Of a DNA stretch of 64,000 nucleotides, positions 57,506 to 64,000 are shown one piece after another. Each line of letters starts with the position of its first letter. The stretch's first letter is position 1. The notes under the pieces were generated by a model. That model had not been told where the DNA came from and did not search any database. It saw nothing but the letters and a program-made list of their open reading frames with translations. A program made the translations under genes and the position numbers. The DNA lies in assembly GCA_040753215.1 (NCBI GenBank), contig JBFMEZ010000004.1, forward strand, positions 1 through 64,000. Reading direction: 5' to 3'. The DNA comes from Candidatus Micrarchaeota archaeon (lineage in GTDB: Archaea; Micrarchaeota; Micrarchaeia; Anstonellales; Bilamarchaeaceae).

Positions 57506-58402
57506 ATGAGGCTGGTGGACGAAGAAGGGAAGGCGATGGGCTGCAGGGAGGTGGCGGCAGGGGACGCCGGGGTCCTGTCCGGGGAGAGGATGCGGATACT
57601 GCGCCTTTTGTGTGAAGGTGCAGCGTACCCCGCGGAAATCGCAAGGAGGATGGGGCTGCCCGTGCAGACCATATATTATCATATAAGGCTGCTGGAGAAG
57701 GCGGGGCTGATTGATTTCGTTGAATACAGGGAGCTGAACGGGGGGATGGCGAAGAGATACGCGTGCAGGGCGGACGGGTTCGCGGTGGTCGTGAACCCCC
57801 GCGCATGGAAGGAGGGCGGAGGGGCAGGGAAGAAGACGCCCAGGATGCTGGAGCCTTTCGTGAGGAACGGGTTCTTTGACGGGCTGGTGGTGGTGGGCTC
57901 GCCGGACCCGCACGGGAAATACAGGGCAAGGGCAAGCGAGCTTGGAGCGCTGGAGCTTGCCATGTACCTCGGGCAGCATGCGTCCTTCAGCTTCCCGCTG
58001 TATGCGCTGGACACGCAGGTGAGGGCGCCGGACAGGGAGAGGAACCTCATACTCGCCGGAGGGCCGAAGGTGAACACGCTGGTCGCGGAGATGAACGATT
58101 CGCTGCCCATAAGGTTTGACGAGAGGAATTTTGAGCTGCGGAGCACCCTTTCGGGGAAGAGGTATGCGGAGAATATAGGTGTGGTTGAGCTGGTGAAAAG
58201 CCCGTTTGCGGCGAAAAAAAGCGTGCTGGTCGTGGGGGGTCTGAACCAGCACGGGACAAGGGCGGCGGTCATAGCGATAGTGAAGCGGATGGGGGAGCTG
58301 GAGAAGGGGAATGCTGTGCGGCCCAAGACACTTGCGAAAGTGGTGGAGGGGTTTGATGAGGACGGGGACGGGGTTGTGGATGCGGTTGAGATATTAGAGT
58401 AG
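57506..58402 (+). CDS. ArsR-family HTH protein with C-terminal 'GGPxxN' (S-layer-C-like) domain
   Basis: 'R.RIL..L....YPAEIAR.....Q..YYH...LE.AG.I'; 'GSPDPHG', 'NLIL.GGPKVN'. Confidence 0.75.
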   Translation: MRLVDEEGKAMGCREVAAGDAGVLSGERMRILRLLCEGAAYPAEIARRMGLPVQTIYYHIRLLEKAGLIDFVEYRELNGGMAKRYACRADGFAVVVNPRAWKEGGGAGKKTPRMLEPFVRNGFFDGLVVVGSPDPHGKYRARASELGALELAMYLGQHASFSFPLYALDTQVRAPDRERNLILAGGPKVNTLVAEMNDSLPIRFDERNFELRSTLSGKRYAENIGVVELVKSPFAAKKSVLVVGGLNQHGTRAAVIAIVKRMGELEKGNAVRPKTLAKVVEGFDEDGDGVVDAVEILE

Positions 58403-59128
58403 GGAGAGGCATTCCTCCTCCATCGGATGGAGCTTCGCGGGGAAGCAGAGGCAGAAGGGCGGCTTTCCGAGATTCTTTTTCTTTAGTTGTTCACGGGAGC
58501 CGTAGGAGATTTTCTCATCCGAGTGGCCAATGCGGCTGAGAACGACCAGCTTATCGAAAACTTTCTTCCCGTATTTCTTCTCCATTTTTTCCAATTGCTC
58601 GAGGGCGAATTTTGCATCCATAGGGCCAAGCTCCGGGTCGGTATCAAGAAGAAGAAGTGTATGCATATCCCCGGAAAGATTTTGCTCGATTAACTTGAGA
58701 GGGGAAGTGGGCTCATAATTCTTCCTCCAATATGCCAAGGTTACGGTTTTTCCGAACCTGTAGGGCTGGAGGCCGGACTTTCCCGATGCGGCGGAGAGGA
58801 TGGAGGAGTTGTGGATTACGCGGACTGGAATTTTGGCTTTCTTCGCATCTATGATCAGGGAGATGTGGGTGGTCGCGGCGAGGGGGTCGCCGGCCACGAG
58901 CAGGCAGACGTGCTGCTGTTTTGCCTTCTGGATTAGGAAGGGGCTTTCAACTTTGTCTCTTGGAAGGCGGGCCGCTTTACGGCCGATTAGTTTTTCGAGC
59001 TTCGCGATTTTATTTTCTTCAAGAGGCATTGTGTAAGATTCTAAATAAAGCTCATCCGCTTCCTTTGCCTCTTTCAATCCTTTTAATGTAATGTCGAATG
59101 CAATTCCCAAGCCTACAAGAGAGAGCAT
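58394..59128 (-). CDS. dph5: Diphthine synthase
   Basis: 'L.LVGLG', 'E.YT', 'GDPLAATTH', 'SGLQ.YRFG..VT', 'HTLLLLD'. Confidence 0.93.
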   Translation of the reverse strand: MLSLVGLGIAFDITLKGLKEAKEADELYLESYTMPLEENKIAKLEKLIGRKAARLPRDKVESPFLIQKAKQQHVCLLVAGDPLAATTHISLIIDAKKAKIPVRVIHNSSILSAASGKSGLQPYRFGKTVTLAYWRKNYEPTSPLKLIEQNLSGDMHTLLLLDTDPELGPMDAKFALEQLEKMEKKYGKKVFDKLVVLSRIGHSDEKISYGSREQLKKKNLGKPPFCLCFPAKLHPMEEECLSLL

Positions 59129-59144
59129 AAGCCTCACAAATAGA

Positions 59145-59489
59145 TTACTCCGGCTTGGCCAATTTCCGCAGTTTTGCCTCAAGCTGCGGCAAATCGGCTT
59201 TCACAACATCCCAGACTATTTCATAATCAATGATGTCATACGCATGGATTATCCTGTTTCTCATCCCTATTATTTTTCTCCATTCTATTTCCTTATGCCG
59301 ATTCCTGAACGATTCGCTGAGCTTTGAGGATGCTTCCCCGATTATCTCAAGATTCCTCACAACCGCATCCCGCAGCATTTCGTTCTCCACGAATTCTTCT
59401 TTTTTCACATCCTTACAATATCTTTTGATCCGCCCCAACGCACCGAGAATATCGTCGACATACACTAGGTCATCCCTTTCCGCCGCCAT
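59145..59489 (-). CDS. HepT-like (DUF86/HEPN) ribonuclease toxin
   Basis: 'DAVVRNLEIIGEA', 'W..I.GMRN.IIH.Y' (Rx4H). Confidence 0.92.
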   Translation of the reverse strand: MAAERDDLVYVDDILGALGRIKRYCKDVKKEEFVENEMLRDAVVRNLEIIGEASSKLSESFRNRHKEIEWRKIIGMRNRIIHAYDIIDYEIVWDVVKADLPQLEAKLRKLAKPE

Positions 59490-59770
59490 CAGAATACCAC
59501 CGCCATGTCTTTTTTGATATGATTCAGAATGCGCGGCTTCATTGAGCGGAGCAGAACGACGTCGACGTGTTTTCCGGTCTTATCCTCAAGCTCCTGCTCC
59601 ACGCCAACAAGGTCGAGGAGCGAGAACTTTCCTTTCGGCGGCTCTATCGCTATGTCTATGTCATTGTACTTCGGCTCATTTCTTGCAAAGCTGCCGAACA
59701 AATATGCTTTTTTTATGCCGTGCCCGGCAAGCACCTGTTTTATTCTCTGGATTATTTCCTCGCGCTTCAT
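59489..59770 (-). CDS. MntA-like minimal nucleotidyltransferase antitoxin
   Basis: 'LFGSFAR......DIDI', 'LE...G..VD'. Confidence 0.9.
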   Translation of the reverse strand: MKREEIIQRIKQVLAGHGIKKAYLFGSFARNEPKYNDIDIAIEPPKGKFSLLDLVGVEQELEDKTGKHVDVVLLRSMKPRILNHIKKDMAVVF

Positions 59771-59824
59771 GGCTTAGGATAGGCGCAAAGATGATTAAAA
59801 TACTTTTCTTTAGGTGCCACAACC

Positions 59825-60145
59825 GAGCCTGTTGCAAATTACGGATGCGGCATAATCTCTGTGGTCTCCTGGTCTTGGGGGTCTTGGAGTCTGGTGAACC
59901 TCCACGGCGTGAAGTCTTGAGTTGTCCTGAGGGTCCTGAAAGTCACACAAGACCTGAAGACCATGCAAGACCTGAAGACCATGCAAGACCTGAAGACCAT
60001 GCAAGACCTGAAGACCATGCAAGACCTGGAGACCATGCAAGACCTGGAGACCATGCAAGACCTGGAGACCATGCAAGACCTGGAGACCATGCAAGACCTG
60101 GTGACAACAGCTAACGGGCATCGGTTTTAAATTTGCAACACCCCA
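59825..60145 (-). mobile_element. MITE-like element copy B (inverted relative to A)
   Basis: GCCTGTTGCAAATT ... AATTTGCAACACCC ends; about 8-9 x 18-bp CATGCAAGACCTG(A/G)AGAC. Confidence 0.75.
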
Positions 60146-60155
60146 ATTCTAATCC

Positions 60156-61757
60156 ATGAAGGGGGAAATCTCCGGGCAGCTGGTAAACGTATTCACCCGC
60201 GAGACCTACCCCGCGAGAATAGAGTGGGAGGACGGGATTTTCACCTCCGTGGAAGAGCTCGGCCGCGCCCCTGAGCATTTCATCCTCCCCGGCCTCATAG
60301 ACGCCCACATACATATGGAAAGCTCCTTCCTCTGCCCCTCCCGCTTCGCAGAACTCGTGGTCCCCCGCGGCACCGTCGCCACAGTAACCGACCCCCACGA
60401 GATGGCGAACGTGTGCGGCCTCGCGGGAATAAATTACATGCTCAGGGATTCGGAAAGCATCCCCCTGAAATGCTTCTTCACCGCGCCCTCCTGCGTGCCC
60501 GCAACCCCCTACGAGACCTCCGGCTCCTCCATAGGCCCGAAGCAGATTGCGCAGCTTTTCCATAACCCGCGCATAGTCGCGCTCGGGGAAATGATGAATT
60601 ATCCCGCGGTCGCAAGGAGGGAGGGGCGGGTGATGGCAAAGATTGCGGTCGCAAAGAAATACGGGAAGAAGATAGACGGCCACGCCCCTCTGCTCACCGG
60701 GAAAGGGCTGAGGCAGTACGTTTCCGAGGGGGTATCCAGCGACCACGAGTGCACGAAGCTCTCCGAGGCGAACGAGAAGGCCCGCCTCGGCATGGTAATA
60801 TACGTGCGCGAGAGTTCCGCAGCAAAGAACATGCGCGAGCTGATACGCTGCAAGGGCATGAAATGCCTGGTGAGCGACGACATGGAGCCAGACGACCTCC
60901 TGAAGCACGGGCACATGGACCGCCTCCTCCGGCTCGCGGTTGAGAACGGGGTTGACCCGGTGGATGCGGTGTGCATGGCGAGCATAAACCCCTCCCGCCA
61001 CTACCAGCTGAGGATGGACGGGATAGCCCCAGGCCTGCCCGCGAATTTCTCAATATGCGACAACCTCCGCTTCTTCAGCATCCGCTCCGTCCACATAGAC
61101 GGGAAATGGGTCGCGGACAACGGCAAGCCCCTCTTCAGGGCGAGGCCAGCAAGGCCCGTGAACAATTTCCGCTGCGCAAGGAAAAAGCCAGGGGAATTCG
61201 AAATCCACCTCCCCGGGAAATGCTGGCGCGTGAATGCGGTGGGCGTGCGGGAAGACCAGATAATCACGCAGAAGCTCCTCCTCACCCCCGCCCAGGCGAG
61301 GAAGGCGAACATGCTGGCGGTTGTGGAGAGGTACGGGCACGGGAGGATGGGGAGGGCGCACGTATCCGGCTTCGACCTGAAGGACGGGGCGTTCGGGCTC
61401 TCCGTCGCCCACGACAGCCACAACATAATCGCGGTGGGCAGCAGCGCGGATTCCCTGTGCGGGGTGGTGAACAAAATAACAGAGATGAAGGGCGGGATAG
61501 CGGTCCTCTCAAGAGGGAGGATGAGCACCCTGCCCCTTCCCGTGGGCGGGATAATGAGCGACCAGCCCGCGGAGAAGGTCGCCCGCAGGATAGACGAGCT
61601 GGAGGAGGAGGTGCACGGGCTCGGCTGCAGGTTCCGCCACCCGATGGGCACGCTCTCCTTCCTCTCCCTCCTCGTGATACCCGAGATAAAATTGAGCGAC
61701 AAGGGGCTGTTCGACTCCCAGAATTTCGAGTTCATGCACCAGTGCGTCGAGCTGTAG
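60156..61757 (+). CDS. ade: Adenine deaminase
   Basis: 'PGLIDAHIHMESS', 'DPHE.ANV.G', 'PSCVPAT', 'GEMMN', 'DGHAP', 'DHE', 'VAHDSHN'. Confidence 0.95.
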   Translation: MKGEISGQLVNVFTRETYPARIEWEDGIFTSVEELGRAPEHFILPGLIDAHIHMESSFLCPSRFAELVVPRGTVATVTDPHEMANVCGLAGINYMLRDSESIPLKCFFTAPSCVPATPYETSGSSIGPKQIAQLFHNPRIVALGEMMNYPAVARREGRVMAKIAVAKKYGKKIDGHAPLLTGKGLRQYVSEGVSSDHECTKLSEANEKARLGMVIYVRESSAAKNMRELIRCKGMKCLVSDDMEPDDLLKHGHMDRLLRLAVENGVDPVDAVCMASINPSRHYQLRMDGIAPGLPANFSICDNLRFFSIRSVHIDGKWVADNGKPLFRARPARPVNNFRCARKKPGEFEIHLPGKCWRVNAVGVREDQIITQKLLLTPAQARKANMLAVVERYGHGRMGRAHVSGFDLKDGAFGLSVAHDSHNIIAVGSSADSLCGVVNKITEMKGGIAVLSRGRMSTLPLPVGGIMSDQPAEKVARRIDELEEEVHGLGCRFRHPMGTLSFLSLLVIPEIKLSDKGLFDSQNFEFMHQCVEL

Positions 61758-61765
61758 CAGTCCCC

Positions 61766-61930
61766 CATTGTCCCGGAGTCTTGGGGGTCTCCGAGTCCCC
61801 GGTCTTGTAGTCTTGGAGTCTTCAGGTCCCCGGGGTCTCCCAAGACACGGAGACTACTGCAAGACATGAAGACTACTTGCAAGACCCGAAGACCACCGTC
61901 GTGCACAGCATCCCCAATCGGTTTATAAAT
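61766..61930 (-). repeat. Degenerate relative of the MITE-like repeat (copy C)
   Basis: GTCTT-rich half followed by CAAGAC/GAAGAC-rich half, ending ATCGGTTTATAAAT like copy B's ATCGGTTTTAAAT. Confidence 0.6.
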
Positions 61931-61951
61931 CATTAGGCACACCTAACATTT

Positions 61952-62545
61952 ATGCATAAAAAGAGCCCCGAGATGGAGGAATACCTTGAGCTTATTTTCC
62001 GCCTCAAGGAAGAGGGGAGGAAGCCCCGCGTCAAGGAGATCGCCTCCCGCCTCAGAATCTCCCCCGCAAGCGTGAGCGAGATGCTCCGCAAGCTTTCAGG
62101 GGAAGGGCTTGTGGAGGTTGAAAGGTACGGGAGGATAGCGCTCACGCAGAAAGGCGCCGCGGAGGGGAGGAAGGTCCTGCGCAAGCACAGGATAATAGAG
62201 GGCTTCCTCGCCCTCATAGGCGTGCGCAGAAGGATACATGAGGAGGCCTGCATCCTCGAGCACGCGGTCTCCGATGAGGTGGAGAGGCGCATACGCAAGG
62301 CGGTGCTCGATGCCGGGTTCGTGCCCCTCACCGCCCTGCGCACCGGGGAGAAGGGAAGGGTGAAAAGGATAGATGCGGGCGCAAAGGCCTCCCAGCGGCT
62401 TGCCGACATGGGGCTCACGGAGGGAACCCCCGTAACGCTGATCAAGGCCGCGCCCTTCCGCGGGCCCGTGAAGATATCCGTCCGGGGCACCACCCTCGCC
62501 TTGGGGAGGGCGGTTGCGGGAAGGATTTTCGTGGAGGTAAAGTAG
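61952..62545 (+). CDS. DtxR/MntR-family metal-dependent repressor with FeoA domain
   Basis: 'EEYL..I..L', 'SPASVSEM..KL', 'RKHR..E.FL', 'EAC.LEH'; C-terminal 'RL.DMGL..G'. Confidence 0.9.
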   Translation: MHKKSPEMEEYLELIFRLKEEGRKPRVKEIASRLRISPASVSEMLRKLSGEGLVEVERYGRIALTQKGAAEGRKVLRKHRIIEGFLALIGVRRRIHEEACILEHAVSDEVERRIRKAVLDAGFVPLTALRTGEKGRVKRIDAGAKASQRLADMGLTEGTPVTLIKAAPFRGPVKISVRGTTLALGRAVAGRIFVEVK

Positions 62546-62546
62546 G

Positions 62547-64000
62547 ATGCCCGCTCCCTGCCACTCTTCCGGTTCCCAGTCCCCGATTTCAACATCGCTT
62601 CGCGATGACTCCATGTTGCCTCGGCAACAACTGGCGAAGTTCTGCGGAACTTCACCATGGCAGAATCCTTCCGGGATTCCGCCATCCGGTTCTCCAGGCA
62701 CAAAAAAGCTCAGGATTGCCCTCGCGGGGAACGCGAACGTTGGCAAGAGCGCACTCTTCAACCATCTCACCGGCCTCTCGCAGCATGTCGCCAACTGGCC
62801 GGGAAAGACCGTGGAGATGGCGGAAGGCAAGCTGCATTTCCACGATTATGAGATGGATGTGATAGACCTGCCGGGCATCTATTCCTTCTCCACATTCTCC
62901 ATAGAGGAGCGCGTGAGCGAGGAATACATCACAAAGGAAAAGCCCGACGTGGTAATCAATGTAATAGACAGCGCCGCGCTCGAGCGCAACCTCTTTTTCA
63001 CGCTACAGCTCCTTGAGCTCGGCGTTCCGGTCGTAATCGCCCTGAACCAGTCCGATGTCGCCCGGAAGAGGGGAATAACAATAGACGAAAAGAAGCTCTC
63101 CAGGCTCCTCAGGGTGCCCGTCGTCCCCACCGTAGCCACAAAGGGGATTGGGGTCCAGGAGCTCATCTGGCGCTGCATAGAGGCCGCAGGCAAGAGTGGC
63201 AAACGCAGGTCGAAAAGAACCCCTTCGGTTAAGCCCCCTTCCATAGCGCTCAGCAGCAGGAGATATGCAACCGCGGGCAGCATCGCATCCCGGGTCCAGA
63301 TATCCACCCCGCAGAAGGGAGGGCTTGCTGAAAGGATAGACGACCTCACCACCCACCGCTTTTTCGGCTACCTCATAATGCTCATCGTGCTCGGCGGGGT
63401 ATTCTACTCCATATTCGCTTTCGGCGGGTTCCTCTCCTCGGAAATCGGGAACTTCTTCAATGCATTCCGCCCTCCCCCTTCCGCCCTCACGGAAAACCTC
63501 GTCTGGGAGGGTCTTGTAGGAGGGTTCGTTGCAGGGCTCACGCTCGTGCTCCCCTACGTCCTCCCTTTCTACTTCCTCCTCTCGCTCCTTGAAGACACGG
63601 GCTACATCACCCGCGTCGCCTACCTCCTTGACGGAATCGCCCACCGCATAGGCTTCCATGGGAAAGCCATAATCCCCCTCCTCCTCGGATACGGCTGCAA
63701 CGTCCCCGCCTGCATAGGGTGCAGGATGATGGAATACGAGAGGGACCGCCTCATCACCGCGTTCGCGGTAACGCTCGTCCCCTGCACCGCCCGCACGGTT
63801 GTCATACTTGCCCTGGTCGGCGCCTTCCTCGGAATCCAGTGGGCAGCCGCAATCTACCTTCTCAACCTCATAGTGGTGGCAGCCCTTGCAAAAATAGCCT
63901 TCAGAATCCTCCCCGGCGAGCCGGTCGGCCTCATAATGGAGATGCCGCGCTACAGGGTCCCCTCCCTTTCCGTTGCCGCGAAGCAGACGTTCCTCCGCAC
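62547..64000 (+). CDS. feoB: Ferrous iron transporter B (partial; runs off the window)
   Basis: Open frame from ATG 62547: 'IALAGNANVGKSALFN.LTG..QHVANWPGKTVE', 'DLPGIYS', 'LERNL', 'LEDTGY..R', 'GYGCNVPA'. Confidence 0.93.
   Translation, partial: MPAPCHSSGSQSPISTSLRDDSMLPRQQLAKFCGTSPWQNPSGIPPSGSPGTKKLRIALAGNANVGKSALFNHLTGLSQHVANWPGKTVEMAEGKLHFHDYEMDVIDLPGIYSFSTFSIEERVSEEYITKEKPDVVINVIDSAALERNLFFTLQLLELGVPVVIALNQSDVARKRGITIDEKKLSRLLRVPVVPTVATKGIGVQELIWRCIEAAGKSGKRRSKRTPSVKPPSIALSSRRYATAGSIASRVQISTPQKGGLAERIDDLTTHRFFGYLIMLIVLGGVFYSIFAFGGFLSSEIGNFFNAFRPPPSALTENLVWEGLVGGFVAGLTLVLPYVLPFYFLLSLLEDTGYITRVAYLLDGIAHRIGFHGKAIIPLLLGYGCNVPACIGCRMMEYERDRLITAFAVTLVPCTARTVVILALVGAFLGIQWAAAIYLLNLIVVAALAKIAFRILPGEPVGLIMEMPRYRVPSLSVAAKQTFLR

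Noticed and set aside
59542..60121. Repeat-peptide ORFs (LQVLHG)n / (RPEDHA)n and equivalents at 48990-49495
   Set aside because: By-products of the DNA repeat; 19-bp units in copy A break the frame
62605..62862. Frameshifted feoB or separate small ORFs
   Set aside because: A single open frame from ATG 62547 contains the FeoB G1 motif; it is absent from the track only because it lacks a stop in the window

Overview
Archaeal chromosomal segment. Split RpoB''/B' and RpoA'/A'', aEF-2, aRF1, L7Ae/L24e/L30e/S28e, Dph5 and AMP phosphorylase plus ribose-1,5-bisphosphate isomerase fit a DPANN-type archaeon such as Ca. Micrarchaeota; the lineage is my inference. The core is the rpoH-rpoB-rpoA-L30e-nusA / S12-S7-EF2 cluster, two tRNAs (Leu-GAG, Asn-GTT) and nucleotide and amino-acid metabolism genes. 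Accessory content includes an AT-rich stretch around tRNA-Leu (AbiE-like pair, peptide deformylase-like gene, racemase), two HEPN/MNT pairs, an intein in glmS, a GGDEF protein and a Cys-rich surface protein. Four signals stand out. (1) Two inverted copies of a MITE-like element with internal 18/19-bp tandem arrays bracket a 10.3-kb block whose strand G/C bias looks reversed, and one pair of flanks shares a swapped 9-bp repeat, suggesting an inversion. (2) Several families of small palindromic or heptamer repeats are dispersed through the window, and some sit in frame inside rpl30e, rpl7ae, feoB, a DUF63 gene and a permease. (3) The rpl7ae leader carries a double kink-turn. (4) An apparently intact diguanylate cyclase is present in an archaeon. 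All calls are from motif recognition by eye; no database searches were run.
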